Shown in pieces: positions 46,290-55,714 of a stretch of DNA of 64,000 nt. Origin of the DNA: Gemmatimonadales bacterium (lineage in GTDB: Bacteria > Gemmatimonadota > Gemmatimonadetes > Gemmatimonadales > GWC2-71-9); contig DASTSO010000119.1 in the NCBI GenBank assembly GCA_035760645.1, positions 47,033 to 111,032 of the forward strand, written 5' to 3'. The stretch's first letter is position 1. Each line of letters begins with the position of its first letter. Below the pieces are notes generated by a model. The model saw nothing but the letters and a program-made list of their open reading frames with translations. It ran no database searches and had not been told where the DNA came from. The position numbers and the translations under genes were made by a program.

Positions 46290-49200
46290 TGACCGTCGCT
46301 CCCGCCCCGCGTCCGCCGGCGCCGCCCGAGGCGCTGCCCGAGATGCTGCCCGAGGCGCTCCGCCTGGTGCTCGGGGTTCTCCCCCACAGCCTGGTCGTCC
46401 TCGACGAGACCGGGACGATCGTCGCGGTCAACGCCCGGTGGCGGGAGCACGCGGCGCGCGCCCGCCTCATCGGGGGCGCCGGCACCGTGGGGGACAACTA
46501 TCTCGGGCTGACCACCGACGACCGATCCGGTCACCGGGAGGCGGGCGAGGCGGCGGCGGCCGGGGTGCGCGAGGTGATCCTCGGGTGGCAGGAGGAGTAC
46601 CGGCTGGAGTACGAGGGCGGGGAGCCCGGCCGGCTCGAGTGGTTCCTCCTGCGGGCCACGCGGGTGGCCACGGCGGGCCGGGCCTACGTGCTCGTCGCGC
46701 ACGAGGACATCGGCGATCGCAAGCGCGTCGAGCTGCAGCTCCGGGCGCGCACGCAGTACCAGGGGCTCATCTCCCGGCTGGGCGGGCTCGCGCTCGCGGG
46801 CCTGCCGCTCGACCGGCTCTTCGAGGAGGCGGTGACCGTCGCCGCCCTCGGCCTGGGGGTCGAGAAGAGCGCCATCCTGGAGCTCCGTCCCGGCGAGGAC
46901 GCGCCCGACGGGCGGGCGCTGGTCTGCTGCGCGCAGATCGGGTGGGCCGGATTGCCCGTGGGGCTGTCGATCCCGGCGGGGAGCGGGGCGCACGCCGAGT
47001 ACGCGCTCACGACCGGCGAGCCGGTCGTGATGGAGGACGTCGCCCTCGAGCGCCGCTTCGTGCCCTGCCCGATCCTGCGCGCCGCGCGCGTGGTCAGCGG
47101 CATCGCGGTCATCATCCAGCCGGGTGGGACCGCCTTCGGCGCGCTGACCGTCCACGCCACGAAGGCGCGCCGCTTCGCGGCGGAGGACGTCGCGTTCGTG
47201 CAGGCGGTGGCCAACACGCTCGCGGCCGCGGTCCTGCAGGCGCGGGCCATCGGCGAGCTGCGGCGCAGCCGGCAGGAGTTCGCGGCGGTGGTCGAGAACA
47301 GCCCCGACCTCATCGCGCGCTTCGACCGCGCCGGCCGGCATCTCTACGTGAATCCCGCCGTGGCGGCGGTAACGGGTCGCCCGGTGACGGACTTCTTCGG
47401 CCGGACCCACGAGGAGCTCGAGCTGCCGGCGGAGCTGTGCGCGGCCTCGCGCCGGGGCCTCGCGGAGGTCTTCCGGCGGGGCGAGCCCGGGGAGCTCGAG
47501 TTCGAGCTCGCGGGCCCGAACGGGACGCGCTGGTTCCATTCCAAGATCGTCCCCGAGCGCGATGCGAACGGGGAGGTGGCCACGGTGCTGTCCATCGCGC
47601 GCGACATGACCGAGCAGCGGTGGGCCGAGGCGGCGCTGCGCGAGCGCGAGGAGCACTTCCGCTCGCTCATCGAGGACGGCTCCGACATCATCCTCGAGCT
47701 CGCGCTCGACGGCCGGCTCTGCTACGCCAGTCCCTCCGCCGCCCGCGCGACGGGATACCCGGCGCACTCGCTCCTCGGCCGGTCCATCCTCGCGATCGTG
47801 CACCCCGAGGACCAGGTCGTCGTGCGTCACGGCCTCGCCACGTGCGTCGCGGCGGCCGACCCCGTGGCGGCCGACCCCGTGGCGGCCGAGGTCCCGCCTG
47901 CGCCGGTCGAGCTCCGGGTCCGCCACGCCGACGACTCGTGGCACGTCTACGAGGCGAACTGTCGGCCCCGGCCTCAGGCCGCCGGCGAGCCGACGCTGAT
48001 CGTCAACCTCCACGACCTCACCGAGCTGCGGCGCGCCGAAGGCCAGCGGCGCGAGACGGCGCTGCGCCTCGAGGCGACGCTCGAGAGCATGGGCGACGCG
48101 TTCTACATGGTGGACCGCGGCTTCCGGGTGCTCTACCTGAACCGGCAGACGGAGGTGCTCCTCGGCCGCAGCCGGACGGAGCTGCTGGGTCGCTGCATCT
48201 GGGAGCTGTACGACGGGCTGCGGGAGAGCGTCTTCGGCTGCGCGTTCGAGCGCGTGATGGCGACGGGGCAGCGGGAGGAGGTCAGCGGTTACCTCCCGGC
48301 GCTCGAGCGGTGGTTCGAGGCGCGGGTGCATCCGTCCGAGGGGGGCCTGTCGGTCTACTTCAGCGACGTCACCGCGCGCGTGCAGGCCGAGCGGGCGCTG
48401 CACGAGCGCGAAGCGCAGCTGCGGCAGGTGCAGAAGATGGAGGCGGTGGGCCAGCTCGCCGGCGGCATCGCGCACGACTTCAACAACCTGCTCACGGCGA
48501 TCACGACGACCGCCGAGATGACGCTCGCCGAGCTGGGGGCCGACCCCGCCACGCGCGGCGCGATGGGCGAGATCCTCGGCTCCAGCCGGCGGGCGGCCGC
48601 GCTCACGCGCCAGCTGCTCGCCTTCAGCCGGCGCCAGGAGCTGCAGCCGCAGGTGCTCGACCTCGCGCAGGTGATCGCCGAGGCGGAGAAGATGCTGCGC
48701 CGGCTGATCGGCGAGAACATCGCCCTCGAGGCGTCCTACGCCGAAGGGAGCGGGCTCGTCAAGGCGGACCCGGGGCAGCTCGAACAGGTGCTCGTCAACC
48801 TCGTCGTCAACGCGCGCGACGCGATGTCCGGCGGTGGCCGGCTGACGATCGCCACGGCGAACGTGGAGGTGGACGCCGAGGAGGCCGCCGGGCGGCAGGC
48901 GATGCAGCCCGGCGCCTACGTGCGCCTGACGGTGACGGACACCGGCTGCGGCATGGACGCCGAGACGCAGGCGCGCATCTTCGAGCCCTTCTTCACGACC
49001 AAGGAGGTGGGCTACGGCACCGGGCTCGGCCTCGCGACGGTCTACGGCATCGTGAAGCAGAGCGAGGGCTACATCTACGTCGAGAGCGCGCCGGGGGCGG
49101 GCACCACCTTCACCATCCTGCTCCCGCGGGCGAGCGGCACCGCCGCGGCCTACCGCACGGCGGCGCGGCTGGATCCGGCCGCCCTGCCGCGCGGCACCGA

Positions 49201-49582
49201 GACGGTGCTCCTCGTCGAGGACGAGGATGTGGTGCGCAACTCCGTCCGCCGCATCCTTACCCGGCACGGCTACAAGGTGGTCGAGGCGGTCTCGGGCGTG
49301 GACGCGCTGCGTCTCTGCGAGGCGCGCACCGAGCCGATCGACCTCGTGATCACCGACGTGGTGATGCCGGAGATGGGCGGCGTGGAGCTGTACCGCGAGC
49401 TGGCGGCGCGCCACGCCGGGCTGAAGGTGCTCTTCCTCTCCGGGTACACGGCCGACGGCATCGCGGCGCAGCTCGGGCCGGCGACGCCGATCAGCTTCGT
49501 CGAGAAGCCGTTCGAGATGCCGGTCCTGCTGCAGCGCGTGCGGGAGCTGCTGGCGCCGACCCCGACCGGCGCCGCGGCGTAG
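46289..49582 (+). CDS. Hybrid sensor histidine kinase (multiple PAS/GAF, HisKA, HATPase_c, C-terminal REC)
   Basis: H-box IAHDFNNLL. N, G1 and G2 boxes: NLVVNARDA, DTGCGM, GTGLGL. C-terminal receiver LLVEDED...DVVMPEMGG. Confidence 0.9.
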   Translation: MTVAPAPRPPAPPEALPEMLPEALRLVLGVLPHSLVVLDETGTIVAVNARWREHAARARLIGGAGTVGDNYLGLTTDDRSGHREAGEAAAAGVREVILGWQEEYRLEYEGGEPGRLEWFLLRATRVATAGRAYVLVAHEDIGDRKRVELQLRARTQYQGLISRLGGLALAGLPLDRLFEEAVTVAALGLGVEKSAILELRPGEDAPDGRALVCCAQIGWAGLPVGLSIPAGSGAHAEYALTTGEPVVMEDVALERRFVPCPILRAARVVSGIAVIIQPGGTAFGALTVHATKARRFAAEDVAFVQAVANTLAAAVLQARAIGELRRSRQEFAAVVENSPDLIARFDRAGRHLYVNPAVAAVTGRPVTDFFGRTHEELELPAELCAASRRGLAEVFRRGEPGELEFELAGPNGTRWFHSKIVPERDANGEVATVLSIARDMTEQRWAEAALREREEHFRSLIEDGSDIILELALDGRLCYASPSAARATGYPAHSLLGRSILAIVHPEDQVVVRHGLATCVAAADPVAADPVAAEVPPAPVELRVRHADDSWHVYEANCRPRPQAAGEPTLIVNLHDLTELRRAEGQRRETALRLEATLESMGDAFYMVDRGFRVLYLNRQTEVLLGRSRTELLGRCIWELYDGLRESVFGCAFERVMATGQREEVSGYLPALERWFEARVHPSEGGLSVYFSDVTARVQAERALHEREAQLRQVQKMEAVGQLAGGIAHDFNNLLTAITTTAEMTLAELGADPATRGAMGEILGSSRRAAALTRQLLAFSRRQELQPQVLDLAQVIAEAEKMLRRLIGENIALEASYAEGSGLVKADPGQLEQVLVNLVVNARDAMSGGGRLTIATANVEVDAEEAAGRQAMQPGAYVRLTVTDTGCGMDAETQARIFEPFFTTKEVGYGTGLGLATVYGIVKQSEGYIYVESAPGAGTTFTILLPRASGTAAAYRTAARLDPAALPRGTETVLLVEDEDVVRNSVRRILTRHGYKVVEAVSGVDALRLCEARTEPIDLVITDVVMPEMGGVELYRELAARHAGLKVLFLSGYTADGIAAQLGPATPISFVEKPFEMPVLLQRVRELLAPTPTGAAA

Positions 49583-49627
49583 GGCGCCGCGGCGTAGGGC
49601 GCCGCGACGGCGTGAGCCGCCGCGCGC

Positions 49628-50041
49628 TCAGGCCGTCCCGCCCTGCTTCGCCGCCCGCTCGAAGCGCTGCTCGGTGCGGGCGAGCTCCGATTCCATTTCC
49701 CGCTCCAGGAAATAGTTGAGGCCGGTCCGGATCACCGCAATCGCGCCGAGCTTGCCGATCTGCGTCCACGACGGCGCGATCGCCGTCGAGAGGATGTCGG
49801 CGGCGAGCTGGAACTCGAGCGCGAGGGCGAGATAGCGGGCGAGGGTGAGGCGGATCCCGGTGTAGCCCTCGCGGCGACCGCGCGAGAAGGAGCCGAGGAA
49901 GGCGACCATCGCGAAGACGGCGCCGGTGCCGATGACGACGGCACCGAGGGTCTCGACGCCGAGCCGCAGCCACTGCACCGCCGCGTTGACGGTCGCCTCG
50001 ACCGTGTCGTACCACTCGGATGGCGCGGGGAGCTGCAGCAC
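49628..50041 (-). CDS. DUF1622-family membrane protein
   Basis: Two TM segments plus an ARYLALALEFQLAADIL pattern. Confidence 0.6.
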   Translation of the reverse strand: MLQLPAPSEWYDTVEATVNAAVQWLRLGVETLGAVVIGTGAVFAMVAFLGSFSRGRREGYTGIRLTLARYLALALEFQLAADILSTAIAPSWTQIGKLGAIAVIRTGLNYFLEREMESELARTEQRFERAAKQGGTA

Positions 50042-50056
50042 GAGGCCCGCACGCCC

Positions 50057-50341
50057 TCAGCGCTCGATGGCGCGCACGCGCGGGTGCGCCCGCACCGCGA
50101 GCGGCGCACCGCGGCGGCCGGGCGCGAGCTCCACGTTGCGGGGCCGGCCGCCGCGGAACTCGAAGTGCGCGTCGCTGAGGATGCGCTCGGGGAGATGCCC
50201 GACGACGCCCGCCCCGACGACGTAGAGGAAGACCCTGCGGGCGACCTCGGTGGCGGGGAGCCAGACGCTCGGGACCAGGGTGGGATAGAGTTCGGCGAAC
50301 TGCGGCCTGAGACAGGCTTCGCGGACCATCTGCTGCGGCAT
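50057..50341 (-). CDS. Hypothetical protein (94 aa)
   Basis: Start at the internal M (MPQQMV...). Weak support. Confidence 0.35.
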   Translation of the reverse strand: MPQQMVREACLRPQFAELYPTLVPSVWLPATEVARRVFLYVVGAGVVGHLPERILSDAHFEFRGGRPRNVELAPGRRGAPLAVRAHPRVRAIER

Positions 50342-50451
50342 GACACGCTCCCTGCACCAGCCCCACCCGGCCGCCCCCGCGCGATGGCGTCCGCGCGCGG
50401 AGCGGCATACCTTCGTGTCTTCCCTGCATAGGTAAGACGCTCCCGATCCCG

Positions 50452-51438
50452 ATGCAACCTCCGCCGTCACCGACATCCGCGCCCGCGGCCCCCGCGGCGC
50501 TGCTCGATCCCGCCGCCCTCGCCGCGGCGCTCGCCGCGCGGCTGCCGGCCGCGCCGCGCACGCGCTTCGCGCCGAGTCCGACGGGCTACCTGCACCTGGG
50601 CCACGTGGCCAACGCGGTCTGGGTCTGGGGCCTTGCGCGCGCGCTCGGCGGGCGCGTGCTGCTCCGGCTGGAGGACCACGACCGCGGCCGCTGCCGCCCC
50701 GAGTACGAGGCGGCGCTCCTCGACGACCTCGACTGGCTCGGCCTCCTGCCCGACGAGCCGGCGACCGATCACTTCCGCACGGGCGCGCCCTCGCCCTATC
50801 GCCAGAGCGACAACGACGCGGTCTACGACGCGGCGCTCGCGCGGCTCGCCGGCGCGTACGCGGTGTATGCCTGCGCCTGCTCGCGACGGGAGATCGCGCG
50901 GCTGGTCCCCACCGCGGCCCACGCGGAGCCGCACTACCCGGGCACCTGCCGCACGCGCGGGCTCGCGCGCGAGGCGGGCCGCGGCGTGCGCCTCGTGCTC
51001 GCGCCGGGGGAGGAGCGGTTCGTGGACGGCGTCGTGGGCGCGCAGGCGCAGGCGCCGGCCGAGCAGTGCGGCGATCTCCTGCTGCGCGACCGGCTGGGGC
51101 AGTGGACCTATCAGTTCGCCGTCGTGGTGGACGACCTGCGGCACGGCGTGGACCTCGTCGTCCGCGGGCAGGACCTCCTCGCGTCCACCGGTCGCCAGAT
51201 CCGCCTGGCCCGCATGCTGGGGCGGGACGCGCCGCCGGTGTTCGCGCACCACCCGCTCATCCTCAAGCCCTCGGGCGACAAGCTCAGCAAGGCGAGCGGC
51301 GACACCGCGCTGCGCGAGCTGCGGGCCGCCGGCGCCACGCCCGAGCGGGTGCTCGGCGAAGCGGCGTGGCGCACGGGGCTGCTCGCGGCGATGCGGCCGG
51401 TGGAGGCGGGGGAGGTGGGAGTGCTGTTCAGGGGCTAG
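50452..51438 (+). CDS. gluQ: Glutamyl-Q tRNA(Asp) synthetase (truncated GluRS paralog)
   Basis: HIGH motif RFAPSPTGYLHLGH. KMSKS-like KLSKASGD. No anticodon-binding domain. Confidence 0.85.
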   Translation: MQPPPSPTSAPAAPAALLDPAALAAALAARLPAAPRTRFAPSPTGYLHLGHVANAVWVWGLARALGGRVLLRLEDHDRGRCRPEYEAALLDDLDWLGLLPDEPATDHFRTGAPSPYRQSDNDAVYDAALARLAGAYAVYACACSRREIARLVPTAAHAEPHYPGTCRTRGLAREAGRGVRLVLAPGEERFVDGVVGAQAQAPAEQCGDLLLRDRLGQWTYQFAVVVDDLRHGVDLVVRGQDLLASTGRQIRLARMLGRDAPPVFAHHPLILKPSGDKLSKASGDTALRELRAAGATPERVLGEAAWRTGLLAAMRPVEAGEVGVLFRG

Positions 51439-51463
51439 CCCCTAGCCCCTAGCCCCTGCTCCC

Positions 51464-53359
51464 TCACCTTCCCCGCATGATCCCCGCACGGATCCGCACC
51501 GCCTTCGGCGATGCGCTCGGGTCGCCCGTGACGCGCTGGAGGACGTCGACGACGTAGTGCACCTTGCCCGGCAGCGTGAGCGTCTGCGCGCCGCGCCGCA
51601 CGCCGATCGGGAAGGCGGTGCCCTCGGGCTGCGTGCCGTAGCGCTGGCGGTAGGCGGCGCCGAAGTCCTGGTCGGTTCCCACCCGCACGTCCCCCAGACT
51701 CACGAGCAGATCGCCCGGCTGCACGCCGGCCGCCTCGGCCATGCCGCCGGGCACGACGCCGGTGACGCGGGCGCCGGCCGAGTCGAACGCGGTCTGGATG
51801 CCGACGCGCGCGACGCGGCTGCTGTCGGCCTCGATGCGGAGCCCGGCGAGCGGGAGGAGCCGCGCGAACGGGTACGGGTCGCGGCCGTCCACGTAGCGCC
51901 GCTGGAACTCGGCGAGGTCGATCGCCGTGCGGCCGCCCGCGGCGCGGCGCACCGCCGCCCACCACTGGTCGCCGGTGAAGCCGCGGCCCTGCTTGTAGTC
52001 GGTCGCGTACAGCTCGCGCATGACGGTGTCGAGCGAACGCTGGTTGTCGCTCGCGTCACGGATCAGGATGTCGAGCAGGAAGCCGGCGAGCGCGCCCTTC
52101 GGGTAATAGAGGTAGCCGGTGCCGTCCTGCGGATGGATCCAGGTCGAGAGCGAGGCGTCCTCGAGCGCCACCGGCGGCACCTCGACGACGTTGGTGATCT
52201 TGTTCGTGAGGTTGGCGTAGAAGTAGCTCGAGTCCCCGATGCCGCCGCGCGTCATGGCGAGCGCGGCGTAGTAGTCGGTGATCCCCTCGCTCACCCAGAG
52301 CCACGGCGTCGGCATCGCGCGGTCGTACTCGTAGGGCCACATGTCGGCGGGGCGCAGCCGCTTCACGTTCCACGAGTGGAACATCTCGTGGGCGGTGACC
52401 TCGTAGAGGAGCGGCTGGCCGATGAGCTGCGGCGTGTAGACGCCGAGGTGGCTGCGGCTGTGCTCGAGCGCGCTGCCGCCCGGATACTCGTCGGGGAAGA
52501 CCATCATCGTGGTGTAGTCCGGCCACGGCGTGTCGGCGAAGACCGCGCCCTCCGCCGGCGCCATCGCCGCGATCGCGCGCCACGCCTCGGCGCGCGCGGG
52601 GCCCTGCAGCCGTCCCGCGGGATAGGTCGCGAGCCGCTGCCACTTGCCCGCCACCTGCTGCGAGTCCACGTCGAAGCGGCCGACGAAGAACGGCATGTCC
52701 ACGAGGTCGTGGTAGTTCGACTCGCCCCAGGTGTTCACCCCCGGGCGCGGGCGCATGCTGGTCACCACCCGCCAGCCGGGCTGCGTCTTCACCGTCACCG
52801 TCGCGGGGTAGTCGAGGCTCCGGCCCTCGGGGTAGAGGAAGACGTTCGTCCCGTTGAAGAAGGCGAAGTCGGGTCGGGCCCACGCCATCGCGTTGTCGAG
52901 CGTGTCGGCGATGTAGTCGAACGCCACCGTCACCGGGCCCGCGCCGGTGGGGCGCACGCGCCAGGTGTCGGGGTCGGTCTTGTCCCACACGAGCGGCCGC
53001 CCGGCCGCCTCGGCCGCGAAGTCCACGACCCAGTGCGCGTAGTTGCTCACCTCGTACGCCCCCGGCGTCCAGATCGGGAGCGAGAGGAGCACCGGCTCGG
53101 CCGACGCCGCGTCGAAGCTCAGCGCGACGTGCAGCCGCCGCCGGCGCGCCGTGGCGGAGTCGAAGGTGACCTCGTAGCGCACGTTCGTGACCGGCGCCGA
53201 GTGGAGGGCGGCCGGCGTGGCCGGCGCGGCCGGGCGGGTCGTCCGGGCGGGGCGCGCCGTGCCGGGTGGGGTGGTGCGCTGAGCGTGGAGGGCCGGGGCG
53301 CAGAGGAGCGCGCCCGCGAGGGCGAATCCGAGCGCCGGGAGCGGGAGCAGCGGTCGCAT
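51464..53359 (-). CDS. Secreted M61 glycyl-aminopeptidase family metallopeptidase with a C-terminal PDZ domain
   Basis: Signal peptide. HEMFHSWN zinc motif. PDZ-like GVQPGDLLVSLGD. Confidence 0.8.
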   Translation of the reverse strand: MRPLLPLPALGFALAGALLCAPALHAQRTTPPGTARPARTTRPAAPATPAALHSAPVTNVRYEVTFDSATARRRRLHVALSFDAASAEPVLLSLPIWTPGAYEVSNYAHWVVDFAAEAAGRPLVWDKTDPDTWRVRPTGAGPVTVAFDYIADTLDNAMAWARPDFAFFNGTNVFLYPEGRSLDYPATVTVKTQPGWRVVTSMRPRPGVNTWGESNYHDLVDMPFFVGRFDVDSQQVAGKWQRLATYPAGRLQGPARAEAWRAIAAMAPAEGAVFADTPWPDYTTMMVFPDEYPGGSALEHSRSHLGVYTPQLIGQPLLYEVTAHEMFHSWNVKRLRPADMWPYEYDRAMPTPWLWVSEGITDYYAALAMTRGGIGDSSYFYANLTNKITNVVEVPPVALEDASLSTWIHPQDGTGYLYYPKGALAGFLLDILIRDASDNQRSLDTVMRELYATDYKQGRGFTGDQWWAAVRRAAGGRTAIDLAEFQRRYVDGRDPYPFARLLPLAGLRIEADSSRVARVGIQTAFDSAGARVTGVVPGGMAEAAGVQPGDLLVSLGDVRVGTDQDFGAAYRQRYGTQPEGTAFPIGVRRGAQTLTLPGKVHYVVDVLQRVTGDPSASPKAVRIRAGIMRGR

Positions 53360-53483
53360 GGGGATCCTCGAAGGGGGAAGGGTGACGTGTCCGCACTCTC
53401 GGACGGTCGGGGACCCGAAAAAGTTGCGGGCGGTCAGGAAGCATCTCCGGACCGCCCGCACCCGCTGAACCGACCGCGACCGC

Positions 53484-55115
53484 CTAGTTACGCCGCACCG
53501 ACTCCACCAGCGGCGCCACCGGATCGTCGCCCTTCGCCGGGGTCTCGCCGCCGTTGGCGGCGGCGGGCGCGGCGGACACCGTCGGCGCGGGCGTCTCCGG
53601 CGTCATCGTGCCCATGAAGGCGGGGAGGTCCACGCCGGCCACGTCGCGCAGCACCTGCATCATCGGGGGCATCGCGCGGGTGAGGCCCTGGACGAAGCCC
53701 GCGGTGCCGCCGACGCCGTTGAGGCTCCCGTTGCCGCCCTCCCAGACGACGACCTTGTCGAGCTTGATGTTCGAGATCGCCTTGGCCGCGGAATCCATGA
53801 GCAGGGGCATCTGCTCGACCATCTGGAGCATGAACGCCTCGCGCGCGCCGCCGGCCTGCTCGACCATCTGGCCCATCGCCTCGGCCTTCTTGGCGAGGAT
53901 CTCGTACTCGCCGCGCGCCTGCGCCTCGAGGCGGGCGTAGGTGGCGCGCGCCTCCGCCTCGGCCGCGATCCGCACCCGCTCGGCCTCGGCCTCGGCCTCG
54001 ACGATCTTCTTCGCCTTCTCGGCCTTGGCCGGCGCCTCGAGCGCCGCGCGCTTCTCGGCCTCGACGCGGTCGGCCTCGGCCAGCGCGGCCTTCGCCAGCG
54101 CGCGGTTCTGCGCCTCCTGCACCGCGGCCTCCGCCTCGCGCTTGCGCGTCTCGGCCGTCTGATAGGCCTCGGCCTTCTTCACCTGCAGCGTCGCCTGGGT
54201 CGCGACCACCTGCGCCTGCGACTCCGCCTCGCCCGCGATCGCCTTCGCCTCGGCCTGCGCCACGGCGACGCGCTTCAGCTGCTCGGCCTCCTTGATGTGC
54301 GCCTCCGCCTGGAAGGCGGCCGTCTGCTCGCCGATGCGCTGCTCGCGCTCGAGCTCGGCGACGCGCACCGCCTGCTCGCGCACGTTCTCACGGAGCGCGA
54401 TCTCGCGGTCCTTCGCCGCCGTGGCGACCTGGACCGCCTTCTCCCGCTCGTTCTCCGCCACGCGGATCTCGCCCAGCTTCTCCTGCTCGGCCACGTCGCC
54501 GCGGGCCTGCTGCACCGCCTGGCTCGCCGCCTTGCGGCCGATCGCCTCGATGTAGCCCGAGTCGTCCTTGAGGTCGGTGATGTTCACGTTGATGAGCACC
54601 AGGCCGACCTTCTTGAGCTCCGGCTCGAGCGAGTTCTGGATCTTGTGCAGGAAGGCGTCGCGGTCGCGGTTGATCTGCTCGATCGTCATCGAGGCGATCA
54701 CCTGGCGCAGCTGGCCGAAGATGATGTCCTGCGCCGTCTTCACGATCTCGTCGTGAGTGAGCCCCAGGAGCCGGACCGCCGCGTTCTGCTGCAGCTCGTG
54801 GTCGGTGCCGATCGCCACGGTGAAGACGCTGGGCACGGCGACGCGGATGTTCTCGAACGAGAGCGCGTCGCGCAGCGGGATGTTGATCTGGATCGGCACC
54901 AGGTCGAGATAGGCGAACTCCTGGATCACCGGCCACACGAAGGCGCCGCCGCCCGAGATCGTCTTCGCGGCGTTGCCGCCGCCCACCTTGCCCGAGATGA
55001 CGAGCAGCTTGTTCGCCGGGCAGCGCCGGTAGCGGGAGGCGAAGAAGAGGATCATCCCGAGGACCAGCGCGACCAGCAGCGCAGCGCCCGCCACGACGGG
55101 AAGGAAGTCAGGCAT
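53484..55115 (-). CDS. Flotillin (SPFH/band-7 family)
   Basis: N-terminal TM, then the SPFH domain, then long Ala/Glu-rich coiled-coil repeats (EAEAE). Confidence 0.85.
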   Translation of the reverse strand: MPDFLPVVAGAALLVALVLGMILFFASRYRRCPANKLLVISGKVGGGNAAKTISGGGAFVWPVIQEFAYLDLVPIQINIPLRDALSFENIRVAVPSVFTVAIGTDHELQQNAAVRLLGLTHDEIVKTAQDIIFGQLRQVIASMTIEQINRDRDAFLHKIQNSLEPELKKVGLVLINVNITDLKDDSGYIEAIGRKAASQAVQQARGDVAEQEKLGEIRVAENEREKAVQVATAAKDREIALRENVREQAVRVAELEREQRIGEQTAAFQAEAHIKEAEQLKRVAVAQAEAKAIAGEAESQAQVVATQATLQVKKAEAYQTAETRKREAEAAVQEAQNRALAKAALAEADRVEAEKRAALEAPAKAEKAKKIVEAEAEAERVRIAAEAEARATYARLEAQARGEYEILAKKAEAMGQMVEQAGGAREAFMLQMVEQMPLLMDSAAKAISNIKLDKVVVWEGGNGSLNGVGGTAGFVQGLTRAMPPMMQVLRDVAGVDLPAFMGTMTPETPAPTVSAAPAAANGGETPAKGDDPVAPLVESVRRN

Positions 55116-55698
55116 CGAACAACTCGCTTTCGGTTGGAGTGGCGACGACCTCGACGACGCCGGGGCCGACGACCCCGACGACCGTCACCGGCGCGCCGGT
55201 CGCCAGCGCCGCGCCCTCGCGGGTCAGCGCCTCGTACTCGACGGTCCGGTTCTGCACCATCAGCTGCACCTTCCCGTGCCCCGCCCCCGCTGCGGGGATC
55301 GGCACGTACACCGTGGCCGGCCGCCCCACGGCGCCCTCGATGCGCACCGTGCCGTCGTCCTCGAAGCGCAGCAGCGAGCGCATGAGCACGGCGACGAGCA
55401 GCATGGCGAGGAAGCCCGCGAGGAGCGCGAGGGGGAAGGCGAGCCAGGGCGACGCGCCCGCGCGCTCCAGCCCCCAACCGGCGAGGCCGAAGAAGGCGGC
55501 CGCCGCCGTGACGCCGCGCAGCGTGACGAGCTGGAGCGCGGGACCGGCGGCGCCGTCGCCGTGGTGCCCGCCGTGCCCACCCTGCCCGGCGTCGTGGCCG
55601 TCGAGCCCGTGATGGTCGAGCCCGAGCAGCCCGAGGACGAGCTGCAGGAGGAGGAGGAAGCCGCCGGCGAGGGCCAGCAGGAGATAGAACGGCCCCAT
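55108..55698 (-). CDS. NfeD-like membrane protein (flotillin partner)
   Basis: N-terminal TM helices, C-terminal OB-like soluble domain. Overlaps the flotillin start. Confidence 0.7.
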   Translation of the reverse strand: MGPFYLLLALAGGFLLLLQLVLGLLGLDHHGLDGHDAGQGGHGGHHGDGAAGPALQLVTLRGVTAAAAFFGLAGWGLERAGASPWLAFPLALLAGFLAMLLVAVLMRSLLRFEDDGTVRIEGAVGRPATVYVPIPAAGAGHGKVQLMVQNRTVEYEALTREGAALATGAPVTVVGVVGPGVVEVVATPTESELFDA

Positions 55699-55714
55699 CG
55701 CGGGCGCCTGCGCC

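Noticed and set aside
46109-49719. Two alternative roughly 1,100-aa ORFs overlapping the hybrid histidine kinase
   Set aside because: The kinase frame carries all the conserved H/N/G-box and REC motifs. The alternatives are Arg-rich low-complexity translations.
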